Program-made: the position numbers and the translations under genes
Assembly: GCA_947627365.1 (NCBI GenBank)
Contig: CANQVT010000006.1
Span: 3,262 to 67,261 of the forward strand
Reading direction: 5' to 3'
DNA length: 64,000 nt
DNA from: an uncultured Lachnospiraceae bacterium
GTDB taxonomy: Bacteria; Bacillota; Clostridia; Lachnospirales; Lachnospiraceae
The notes under the pieces: generated by a model
What the model was told of the DNA's origin: nothing
Databases searched by the model: none
Seen by the model: the letters and a program-made list of their open reading frames with translations, nothing else
In this document: positions 28,202 through 37,431 of the stretch, in pieces
Layout: every line of letters starts with the position of its first letter
Position numbering within the stretch: the stretch's first letter is position 1

Positions 28202-31200
28202 ATGAGTAAGAGGTTTAGAAAATTTGCGGCCGTTGTTTTGGCGTCGGCCTTGTTTCTGCAGAACGGGGCGTTAAATCTGGCTGAAGAAGGACAGCCGGAG
28301 ACTTCGGCGGAAGCCGTGACTGAAGCGCACACAGAGGCTCCTGCGGAGGCTCCAACAGAGAAAGTGACAGAGGCTCCTACAGAGGCTTTGACGGAGAAGC
28401 CGACAGAGGCTCCTACGGAGAAACCGACGGAGGCCCCTACGGAGAAACCGACGGAAGCGCCGACGGAGGCTCCTGCCGGGAAGCCGGCGGAGACCCAGAC
28501 GGAGAAGCCGACGGAAGCCCCGGCCGAGACTTCGACAGAAAAACCTGCCGAGGGACAGACGGAAAAGAAGACAAAGAAGCAGACTGAGAAAGAGACCTCA
28601 AAGGAAACCGAAGAGCAGACGGAGCGGTCGGAGCGTGAGAATGACGGGAAGAAGATCTCCGCGGGCGATCTGGTCAAAGAGTTGAAGCAGGCGCTGCCGT
28701 ATCTGTTTGCGGCGAAGCAGGTCAATGCGCCGGACGAGCTTCTGGAAGGCCAGGAGGTGGCGAAGGACGCCGAGGGCGAAGCGCTTTTGAAGGAACTAGA
28801 GGATTTTTCCCTGGAGCTTGCGAACGCGAAGTCTTCCTCGGACGTATGTGTGATCAATCTATATGCGGATAAGGATGGCAAGCTGGACATCGCGCAGCTG
28901 GATGAGAAGTTCAGCGATCATGTGATCGATGTCACAGAGCAGTATTATGTGGTGAATGTGATCGCGTACAGCGCGGATCAGAAGCTGAATTTTTCCGGGT
29001 ACACAATGAAGCTGTCCGGGGAGACGGTGAATTATACGAAGGGCACTGAGCCAGGCGATATTCTTTACAATTTTGCCGCGATGGACGATGAGGGCGAGAT
29101 CTCCGGATATGAGGGAAGCTTGACGCTCGGCGGTGCGGATCGTCTGCAGGGAGCTTTCCTTGCGCCGCAGGCGAGTGTTACTGTGAATGCGAAGCTTGCG
29201 GGCGCGGTGTATGCCGCCGATGTGACGGTGACGGATTCTGTGGAGGAGCTTCTGCAGATTGCTTTTGCCAAAGGGCGCAAGCTGGAGGAAGAGACGCAGT
29301 CTGGTTCGGAGGAGCAGACAGAAGAGTCCACAGGCGAGACGACCGCGGCAGAGTCAGAGGCCGCGCAGACGGAAGAATCTGAGACGGAGAAGAACGCCTT
29401 GCAGGGGGAGGACCCCGGCAACGGAAGCGATGGGATTCTTCCGATCGCGGATGAAAACGGGGGTTCGACCTCGACGCAGACTCCGGGCCAGGATCAGGAG
29501 CCGGAGACAGGATCGGGCGTCTTCAGCGATTCGCTGGAGGTAATGTTCGACGGCCAGACGCTGAAGGCGCTGGGCGACGACAGCGGCGATAAGCTTCCGG
29601 ATATCGCGGTATTTAAGAAGACGACTACGACACCGACAGAGGGTGAATCGCAGGGCACTACTCAGACAACGTATGAATTAGTAGAAGGAACGAAGACCAA
29701 GTCGGCGTTTGCGGCGGACGGCCAGGAGGGGAAGCTTACCATCGAGGGCTTGAAGCCGGGAACCTATGTACTGGGTCTGGTTGACGGGAACGATCAGCTG
29801 GTGGGACCTGCGCAGGGACAGGATTCTGTCTGGCCTGTTTTGCGCCAGAAGGATGGAACAGCGATGGAGCCGGGCAGCTTGGAATTTACCATACCTGAGT
29901 CGGTGTCGTCCGGGACGCCGTCGACTTCGCCTTCGGAAGGGTCGGGGACAGAAGGGACGACGGTTACACTGTCGGGACTGGTTTTGGATTACGGAAGCAG
30001 CAGCGAAAATTATCCGTCCGCTTTCTATTATGAGGCGACGATTACTCTGACGAAGAAGCTGCTGGACAGCAAGGGCAAAGCAGCGAAATCTTCTGAGATC
30101 TTCTACGCGGGACTGTTCACGGATGCGGAGCATAAGCTTCCGGTGACAGAGACTGTGGCGGACGCTACGGCGGGAACTGCGCCGACTCCAAAGGCGGTCA
30201 TACTTACCTTCAGCATGGACAACAAGGATTCCGTGGAGGTTACCCATACGCTGAAGGCGACGGCCTCTCCGATGACGTTTTATGTCGCTGAGACAGACCA
30301 GCTTGGAAATGCGATCACGACGAGTAGCGGAGCTCTCAGCTACGAGATCACGCTGCAGGGCGCCGACGCGACGGCAGCCGAAGAGGCGAACCAGATAAAC
30401 GCTACGGGACAGGTCACGCTGGACATAAAGAATCCTGCGGGGAAAGCTACGATCACGAATCAGCTGAATCCGCCTGTCGTCAAAGTCGGCGTATTGCATG
30501 GAAAGAAGCAGCTGTCCGGCGTGACTCTGGTAATCAAGGATGAGAAAGGAAAGATTAAGGCTGTCATAGACGGGAAAAAGGTCTTCCAGTCTGCGGCGGA
30601 TTACATTACATTGCCGGAGGGTTCGGTTGAGGCAGGGAAGACCTATTACCTGTCTGAGGTCAATGCGCCCGACGGCTATGCTCCGGCGGCGGACGTTCCG
30701 TTTACGCCGGAAGACGGCAAGGAGATCACGGTTTCGCTCACACAGGAGACCCTGAAGTCCACGGATTACAAGCTTACCGTGGCCAAGCAGGTGTATAGCG
30801 GGCAGTATCAGCTGTACGCGCAGGATCCGAATAACAGTTATCTGAAAAACCGCACATTCTATGTCGCGCTGTTTCAGGATTCCACTCATTTGATTAAGGT
30901 CAGCGACGTCAAAAAGATCGTGACGAGCGGGTTGAGTACCTCCGTGACATTTGAGAATCTGAAGAATAAAGAGACCTACTACGTAGCGGAGACGGATGAG
31001 TACGGCGAGGTACAGAAGGCCACGTCCGGACATCAGATTAAGTATACGAACGACGGCAGAGTGCCGATGGACGCGAAGGAAAAGACGGAGACGATTCAGA
31101 ATATCTACAACAAGCGACCGGCCGGATACCGCTATAGCGGCACGGTGACGATTACAAAGCGTGTGACGAATGAGGCTGGATCAGCAAAGAAGGTGACAGA

Positions 31201-32065
31201 GACATTCTACGTGGGAATGTTCCGGAACGCCGATTACTCTGACAAACCGGCAGCGATCATCAGCTTGAATCTGAATGACGCGTCAGGCGCTTCCGTGAGA
31301 AGAAGAATCTTGCTTTCCGGCGATAAGGCGGCCACGTACTATTTTGCCGAGGTCGACGCGAACGGGAACCGGGTGGACACTATCGACACGTTTGCGTATA
31401 ATGTGTCGATCGATCAGCCGTCCGTGACGATTGCGCGCGGCGAGGATAAGAAGGTCACGGTCACGAATCAGCAGAAATCCTCCAAGGTGACATTGTACCT
31501 GACAAAGAGAGTGTATCAGGGCACGGCGCTGCATCCGGTGACGGATACCTTCTATATGGGATTGTTCCAGGACGCGCAGTTCACAAAGCTTTATACACAG
31601 CCGATCCCGCTGAGTCTGAAGAATCAGAGTGAGCTCACGCTGAAGCTCACACTGAATCTTGGGACGAAGGATAGTGCGGCTATTTACATTGCAGAGACGG
31701 ACAAGAGCGGCCATGTCATCCGGAATGAGAGTCAGTTCGGATATAATATCAGGGCGGTCAATTCGACGGCGGTATTCACGCAGCAGACGCGCGAGATCCA
31801 GACGATCTTCCTGAATTCGATTTATGGCTCCGCCTCGGACGATGACTGGAAGGAGATCATGTCAGATGAGAACAATATCCCGTCGTACGGTGGAAGCGAC
31901 GGCTGGTTCGGCGGGAATGGAGAGATTGATCCGAATGTAAATACCACTGCGGCGCAGACCGGAGACGAGACCCCGATCGGTCTGTATATCGGGCTGCTCG
32001 CGGCGGCCGTGATCGTGCTGATTCTTCTGCTGATCTTCAGGATACGCAAAAAGAAGGACAGATAG
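28202..32065 (+). CDS. Large sortase-anchored surface protein (PTE repeats, Cna-B/SpaA-like domains)
   Basis: Signal peptide; PTEA/PTEK repeats; repeated FY.GLF.D...YYVAETD domains; E.NAPDGY; AQTGDETP, TM segment and basic tail. Confidence 0.85.
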   Translation: MSKRFRKFAAVVLASALFLQNGALNLAEEGQPETSAEAVTEAHTEAPAEAPTEKVTEAPTEALTEKPTEAPTEKPTEAPTEKPTEAPTEAPAGKPAETQTEKPTEAPAETSTEKPAEGQTEKKTKKQTEKETSKETEEQTERSERENDGKKISAGDLVKELKQALPYLFAAKQVNAPDELLEGQEVAKDAEGEALLKELEDFSLELANAKSSSDVCVINLYADKDGKLDIAQLDEKFSDHVIDVTEQYYVVNVIAYSADQKLNFSGYTMKLSGETVNYTKGTEPGDILYNFAAMDDEGEISGYEGSLTLGGADRLQGAFLAPQASVTVNAKLAGAVYAADVTVTDSVEELLQIAFAKGRKLEEETQSGSEEQTEESTGETTAAESEAAQTEESETEKNALQGEDPGNGSDGILPIADENGGSTSTQTPGQDQEPETGSGVFSDSLEVMFDGQTLKALGDDSGDKLPDIAVFKKTTTTPTEGESQGTTQTTYELVEGTKTKSAFAADGQEGKLTIEGLKPGTYVLGLVDGNDQLVGPAQGQDSVWPVLRQKDGTAMEPGSLEFTIPESVSSGTPSTSPSEGSGTEGTTVTLSGLVLDYGSSSENYPSAFYYEATITLTKKLLDSKGKAAKSSEIFYAGLFTDAEHKLPVTETVADATAGTAPTPKAVILTFSMDNKDSVEVTHTLKATASPMTFYVAETDQLGNAITTSSGALSYEITLQGADATAAEEANQINATGQVTLDIKNPAGKATITNQLNPPVVKVGVLHGKKQLSGVTLVIKDEKGKIKAVIDGKKVFQSAADYITLPEGSVEAGKTYYLSEVNAPDGYAPAADVPFTPEDGKEITVSLTQETLKSTDYKLTVAKQVYSGQYQLYAQDPNNSYLKNRTFYVALFQDSTHLIKVSDVKKIVTSGLSTSVTFENLKNKETYYVAETDEYGEVQKATSGHQIKYTNDGRVPMDAKEKTETIQNIYNKRPAGYRYSGTVTITKRVTNEAGSAKKVTETFYVGMFRNADYSDKPAAIISLNLNDASGASVRRRILLSGDKAATYYFAEVDANGNRVDTIDTFAYNVSIDQPSVTIARGEDKKVTVTNQQKSSKVTLYLTKRVYQGTALHPVTDTFYMGLFQDAQFTKLYTQPIPLSLKNQSELTLKLTLNLGTKDSAAIYIAETDKSGHVIRNESQFGYNIRAVNSTAVFTQQTREIQTIFLNSIYGSASDDDWKEIMSDENNIPSYGGSDGWFGGNGEIDPNVNTTAAQTGDETPIGLYIGLLAAAVIVLILLLIFRIRKKKDR
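28310..28560 (+). repeat. 12-bp coding tandem repeats (PTEA/PTEK)
   Basis: Repeated CC(G/T)AC(G/A)GAG(GC/AA)N units. Confidence 0.8.
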
Positions 32066-32125
32066 GCAGACTACGGATCAAGGAATAATCGCCGGATCCC
32101 TGCAATAGGTATAGTAATAAACCTG

Positions 32126-33043
32126 TTGGGGGTCATTGCGGTGAGGCGACCGAACGAAGAAACAAAAAATAATATGGGCAGGGGAATGCCGGAGTTTTCT
32201 TCCGGCATCCCTGCAAAAATAATCCGGTACCTGATGCTGTTCATGCTTCTGGTACTGGTTTTTATTGTCTCTGCATACGCGGGGAGCATGAAAAAGGCAG
32301 AGCAAAACGGGAAGAATCAAAGCCCGCCCGAAAGTCCGGGAGGTGGGATGGGAGGAGCGGAAAATTCCGGACAGGAGGAAGCGGAGCAGACAGGAAGCGA
32401 ACAGGAAATGACAGGGCAGGAAGATGCTACACGGGATGAATCACGGCAGGGCACGAAGGGGACAATTGTTCTCGACGCCGGGCATGGCGGATTTGATCCC
32501 GGAGTGTTGGGTGCAAGCGGGATCTCGGAGCGGGAGCTCAATCTTGTCTTTGCGCAGAAGCTTGAAAAACTGCTCATAGAAGAAGGGTATCGTGTCGTGC
32601 AGACCAGGCCGACTGAGGCAGGGCTTTATGACGAGGGACAGACGCATAAGAAGGCGCAGGATATGCAGCGCCGTTGCGCGGTCATAGAGAAGGAACAGCC
32701 GCTTGTGTCGGTCAGCATTCATCAGAACAGCTATCCGGACAGTTCGGTCAGCGGCCCGCAGGTATTTTATTACGGGACGTCAAAGGAAGGGGAGCGTCTG
32801 GCAACATGCATCCAGAGCTGCATGAACGAGCAGCTCGAGGTGAAAGCTCCGAAGAAGCAGAAGGGAAATGAATCCTACTATATTCTGAAGCGGTCGGCAG
32901 GAACGACGGTGATCGTGGAATGCGGTTTTCTCACGAACCCGGAGGAGGAAAAAATGCTTCGGGATGAGGGATATCAGGATCGTGTGGTGAGCGCGATTCG
33001 CGACGGGATTCTGAAGTATCTGGAGGATGAAGAAGCCGTATGA
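32126..33043 (+). CDS. N-acetylmuramoyl-L-alanine amidase (Amidase_3, CwlD-like)
   Basis: IVLDAGHGG.DPG, E...N, VSIHQNS, VECGFL.N; N-terminal TM; start uncertain. Confidence 0.88.
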   Translation: MGVIAVRRPNEETKNNMGRGMPEFSSGIPAKIIRYLMLFMLLVLVFIVSAYAGSMKKAEQNGKNQSPPESPGGGMGGAENSGQEEAEQTGSEQEMTGQEDATRDESRQGTKGTIVLDAGHGGFDPGVLGASGISERELNLVFAQKLEKLLIEEGYRVVQTRPTEAGLYDEGQTHKKAQDMQRRCAVIEKEQPLVSVSIHQNSYPDSSVSGPQVFYYGTSKEGERLATCIQSCMNEQLEVKAPKKQKGNESYYILKRSAGTTVIVECGFLTNPEEEKMLRDEGYQDRVVSAIRDGILKYLEDEEAV

Positions 33044-33159
33044 AAAGAGGAATATTACAAAACAAATTTTGAGCTTTGCAATTTCTCCTCAATCGGAAAC
33101 AAAAGCTTTGCGTTTTTGTGAATTACCACGAAAATCCAATAATCTTTATATAGATTTTC

Positions 33160-33188
33160 TTGACGTTCCGGAGGTTGTCGTGTATTGT
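33160..33188 (+). promoter_or_regulatory. Putative promoter, conserved with 36873-36901
   Basis: TTGACG, 17-nt spacer, TATTGT with extended TG, present in both copies. Confidence 0.65.
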
Positions 33189-33449
33189 AAATGTGAGGGA
33201 GTCCATCACGGAGGACGACCGGTTCTGTGCCCTGAACATGCATCAATTCGGGGCATAAAATAGCTGAGGGGGAGGTGGCGCGACGACGGCAGGACAGCTG
33301 CAGTGCCGAAAGAAAATCCGCAGGCCGGGTGTGATCCGGGATTTTGCGGAACAGGGAGACAGTTTCGCTGTTTTCCGGGGATTGACAGTAAACACGAGGC
33401 AGATTATAAACGAAATGTCAGGGTAATACAATGAAACAAAAAAGAAAAT

Positions 33450-33550
33450 GTATCAAAGGCAAACCTGTCGAAAGGCAGGGACGCAAAGCCAAGGGTCTAA
33501 GGTCGCCGTGTGATAAGGCGCGCGGGACTATGACAGCCGGTTGCCATATT
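33450..33550 (+). promoter_or_regulatory. c-di-GMP-I (GEMM) riboswitch, copy 1
   Basis: GGCAAAC-CTGTC-GAAA-GGCAG-GGACGCAAAGCC, tetraloop receptor CTAAG...TATG, CAGCCGGTTGCC. Confidence 0.93.
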
Positions 33551-33681
33551 TCTTAAAATGCAGTGTAATATTTCTATTTCGTCCTTCGGAGGTATCATGT
33601 CCGGCGGGCAGAATTCCTGTAACAGGAAATATGGACCCGACACAGACAACTGCGTTTTGAGTTGAGAAGGAGGGTTTCAGT

Positions 33682-36669
33682 ATGAAAATGAAAAAATGGG
33701 TAAAGTGTTTACTGATGACGATGGCGCTCATGATGGCCATCAACGTGGGGGCAATTGCCACGACGATTCCGGCTACTGCGAAAGCAAAGACAGAGACCGT
33801 CAAAAAAGGAACAAAATTCTGGAAGGGCAATCTCCAGTATAAGGTTTCATCCCTCAAGGGGAAAAAAGGAACCGCCACGCTGATCGGCGCAAAGTCCAAA
33901 GTGACTTCCGTGAGTGTGCCGAAGACAGTAAAGACGGGAAAGTATACGCTGACCGTAACGGCGATCGGCGACAATGCGTTCAAGGGCTGTAAGAAGCTGA
34001 AAAAAGTAGCGACGAACACGGTGATCAAGGAGATTGGTAAGAATGCGTTCAAGGGCTGCAAGAAGCTTGAGACAGTGGACATTAGGAGCAAATCGCTCAA
34101 GAGTGTTGGGAAGAACGCGCTGAAGGGGATCGCGAAGACAGCGGTAGTGAAGGTACCGGAAGGGAAGGATGCTTCCTACGAGAAGCTTCTGAAGGTGCCT
34201 GTACAGACTCCGGCTGAGGAGAAAGCGACTGAGGCGGTGAAGGAGGCAGAAGCCCCGAAGACTCCGGCAACGGAAGCTCCGAAGGCAGTCTCGACTCCGG
34301 CAGAGACGAAGACAGAGACTCCGAAGGCTGCGGAGACGCCGGAAGCAACACCAGCTCCGGCAGGGACGAAGACAGAGACTCCGAAGGCTGCGGAGACACC
34401 GGAAGCGACGCCAACTCCGGAAGAGCCTGAGACGAAGGTCCAGAAGGCGACCGAGGCAGAGACCGAGAAGGCGACGCAGAAGGCAATCGAGGTGGAGACT
34501 CAGAAGGAGACCGAGAAGGTAACCGAGGCGGAGACACAGAAGGCGACCGAGACAGAAGCTCCAAAGGCTCTGGAAACGACGCCGACTCCTGCGCCGACAC
34601 CAAGCCCGGAAGTGAAGGAGCCGCAGACAGTGCCGGGTATTCCGGAGGGACCATCGTTCGATGAGCCTGCAGAGCCGGAGCTGAAAGAAGCAGAGCCTGT
34701 AACCTGTGGAGCAAAGCATCTTGGACTTGTGGTTGTAGAGTCGGTAGCACCGACCTGCACCGAGCCGGGAAGCAGTTCTTATGAGTACTGCACAGTCTGC
34801 GGCTACAAGACAGAGCCGATTCCAATTTCCGCGCTTGGACATGAGCTTGTGCACCATGCGGAGATTCCGGCGACCTGCACCACAGCGGGACAGACGGCAT
34901 ACGATACCTGCGCGCGCTGCGATTACGCGACAGCTTCGCAGACAATCGAACCGCTTGGCCACAGCTATGGTGACTGGGCTGTCGTGGAGGAAGCGACCTG
35001 TACGGCATCCGGAACGGAGGAAAAGACCTGCGCGACCTGCGGCGCGAAAGAGACCCGCCCAGTTGCGGCAAAGGGTCATACATTGGGCGAAGCGACGATC
35101 GAGCCGATTCCGGGCAGCGCTTACTATGGCAGAGTCGTGCGCAGATGTACTTCCTGCGATTACGTGGAGAAGAGCAATTACTCTGTACATCGGACGGATG
35201 TGTATCTGCCGCTGGAGGATATTCCGGCGACCTGTACGCAGCCCGGCAGGATAAACAGAAGCTATTGCCCGCACTGCAACGAGGAACGCTTTAGCTACGT
35301 GAAGCCGCTCGGACATAAGTACTCCGATGAGAGAACCTACGAAGAAGGCACCTGTGTGAAGGCTGGCATCAGCTACAGAAAGTGCGTGCGTGAAGGCTGT
35401 AATGCGAGGATCGATGTACAGGAGACTGTGAAGGCGGAAGGACATCAGTGGGAAGACTATACGGTTGCGGCCACTTGCACTCAACCCGGATTCGAGGGAC
35501 GCAAATGTAAGCTTTGCGGCGAGCTGGACGGTGAGGAGAAAGGCGCGCTCGGACACAAGTACGAGACGACAATCACTGAGGCGACCTGCCTGACCAACGG
35601 CACAAAGAAAGATGTCTGCAGCGTTTGCGGAGACACGAAGGTGGAGACTCTCGCAGCGGTCGGTGAACACCAGTGGGTGGAGCATCCGGCGAAAGAGGCA
35701 ACTTGTGTTGAAGACGGACATTCCGCGTATACGCAGTGTTCTGTATGCGGAGCGTATAAGGGCAATGTGGTGCCGGAGACTTATGCGGCGAATGGACAGC
35801 ATACATGGGTACCGAATGTCGCGCTGTGCAACTTTATGAGCACATATGATCTTCCGAAAAATAAGTGCAATTGTGAGGGAAACGATTGGAACGACGTCTT
35901 TGTGCAATGTGCAGACTGCTTGACAACAAAGATTGATACGGTACTGCATGGACACAAATGGACCGAGGATGAATCCCATGCAGAAGGATTCTGTGAATAT
36001 GTAAAAGCTGCAAATGCTGATCTTTCTAAAATGAGCTTTTATATATTGAGCGCTTCTTTCCTCGTGGAAAAGACGGTTATGGAGAACAAAAATTGGAGCG
36101 TGTCAAAGAATTCAGCAAATATCGATGTGTTTGATGTTGAGGTAGGCAGCAAAAAATACGTATGTATTAACATACGCCGAAGAGCTGAAGGATTATTCTC
36201 AAATCGTGCAAGCGATATGCAGATTCCGGGTTACACTTGGGTTCAGGTGACGGGAATAGGCAGCGATGTTCAGACAGGAAGTCAGTATGTAGGCAGTGAT
36301 ACTCCGTTTTGCATGCTTGACCGGTGCGTTTTTTTGGCGGTCGAAGGCAGTGAAAAGGAGTGCGAGGCCAAAAAGTGGACAAAAATGAACATCGAGAAAA
36401 ATGCGGATAGTTCGCAGATTAAATCTGCTGCGGCAAGCGAATCCGTCACGGAGAAAGAGACTGATCTGGCAGCTCTGAACATGGAAGCGGTTGCGGCGGA
36501 TGCTGAAGGAACTCCGCAGGTGATCCACGGTGAGATGCATGTCGATCTGTTCGGGACGACTCCGACGGTTGACGATCCGGGCCATGAGGCGCATGATGTG
36601 ACGCATCACGAGGATCCATTGGTGGAACCTGAGAGTACGATGTCGCAGGGGACAGAACTGGCAGGCTGA
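33682..36669 (+). CDS. Secreted BspA-type LRR protein with stalk and His/Cys repeats, paralog 1
   Basis: Signal peptide; VTAIGDNAFKGCKKL LRR_5 repeats; E/T/A/P/K stalk; about 9-10 H..ATC...CxxC repeats. Confidence 0.85.
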   Translation: MKMKKWVKCLLMTMALMMAINVGAIATTIPATAKAKTETVKKGTKFWKGNLQYKVSSLKGKKGTATLIGAKSKVTSVSVPKTVKTGKYTLTVTAIGDNAFKGCKKLKKVATNTVIKEIGKNAFKGCKKLETVDIRSKSLKSVGKNALKGIAKTAVVKVPEGKDASYEKLLKVPVQTPAEEKATEAVKEAEAPKTPATEAPKAVSTPAETKTETPKAAETPEATPAPAGTKTETPKAAETPEATPTPEEPETKVQKATEAETEKATQKAIEVETQKETEKVTEAETQKATETEAPKALETTPTPAPTPSPEVKEPQTVPGIPEGPSFDEPAEPELKEAEPVTCGAKHLGLVVVESVAPTCTEPGSSSYEYCTVCGYKTEPIPISALGHELVHHAEIPATCTTAGQTAYDTCARCDYATASQTIEPLGHSYGDWAVVEEATCTASGTEEKTCATCGAKETRPVAAKGHTLGEATIEPIPGSAYYGRVVRRCTSCDYVEKSNYSVHRTDVYLPLEDIPATCTQPGRINRSYCPHCNEERFSYVKPLGHKYSDERTYEEGTCVKAGISYRKCVREGCNARIDVQETVKAEGHQWEDYTVAATCTQPGFEGRKCKLCGELDGEEKGALGHKYETTITEATCLTNGTKKDVCSVCGDTKVETLAAVGEHQWVEHPAKEATCVEDGHSAYTQCSVCGAYKGNVVPETYAANGQHTWVPNVALCNFMSTYDLPKNKCNCEGNDWNDVFVQCADCLTTKIDTVLHGHKWTEDESHAEGFCEYVKAANADLSKMSFYILSASFLVEKTVMENKNWSVSKNSANIDVFDVEVGSKKYVCINIRRRAEGLFSNRASDMQIPGYTWVQVTGIGSDVQTGSQYVGSDTPFCMLDRCVFLAVEGSEKECEAKKWTKMNIEKNADSSQIKSAAASESVTEKETDLAALNMEAVAADAEGTPQVIHGEMHVDLFGTTPTVDDPGHEAHDVTHHEDPLVEPESTMSQGTELAG

Positions 36670-36707
36670 TATTTCAGTCGGATGTACAAAAACAATTGAA
36701 GCATTTC

Positions 36708-36743
36708 GAGGGGTCGCCGCAGGAATCTGCGGCGGCTCTTTTG
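36708..36743 (+). terminator. Intrinsic terminator
   Basis: GGGTCGCCGCAG / CTGCGGCGGCTC followed by TTTT. Confidence 0.75.
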
Positions 36744-36872
36744 TGCGCAGACTCGTGGCTGGGATTCAGCGTCCTTACGTACTATGCGAGCGAGTTTTAT
36801 AAAAGCGGGTTTGTGATCTGGACATATTTGTGCGGGATCGCGACATTGCCAAAATCTTCCCAGCTGAATTTC

Positions 36873-36901
36873 TTGACGTTTTTCCTGTTCTCGTGTATTG
36901 T
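36873..36901 (+). promoter_or_regulatory. Putative promoter, copy 2
   Basis: TTGACG, 17-nt spacer, TATTGT. Confidence 0.65.
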
Positions 36902-37130
36902 GGATAATGAGGGAATCTATCACGGAGGTTCCCCGGTTCATGTTCTGCAGTGCAACAAAGAGAAGCATAAAAATCTAGCGGGGAGGTGATACGGGAAAGG
37001 CAGGACAGACATAGAGTGTCCAGAAGAATACCGGGCATCTGGTGATTCTTTGCAGAATTTGGCAGTAAACACGAGGCATAAGTATTTTATGATTAAGACG
37101 AGACAATACCGAAATGTAAAAAAAGAAAAT

Positions 37131-37230
37131 GTTTTAAAGGCAAACCTGTCGAAAGGCAGGGACGCAAAGCCAAGGGTCTAAGGCCACGCTAAGCTTTACA
37201 TGTGCGGCTATGACAGCCGGTTGCCATATT
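37131..37230 (+). promoter_or_regulatory. c-di-GMP-I (GEMM) riboswitch, copy 2
   Basis: Same core as copy 1 with a different distal P3 segment. Confidence 0.93.
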
Positions 37231-37431
37231 TCTTAAGAGCAGCACAAGGTTTTATAGCAGCGCCGGTCCGAAGTCGCGAATCATCAAAGCGAGACATAAG
37301 GCAAAAGAGAAAAGTTGAAACGGGCGGCGCATAATCCCTGGGTGTGATATCCTTGGGAGAAAATTCCTGTGACAGGAAATATGGACCCGACACAGACAAC
37401 TGCGTTTCGAGTTGAAAAGGAGGGTTTCAGT

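Noticed and set aside
33847-35979. Long antisense ORFs (also 1536-2339, 29678-31033, 56440-57993, 58139-59506, 60079-62124)
   Set aside because: These are shadow frames opposite well-supported genes with high GC3, and have no recognisable motifs.
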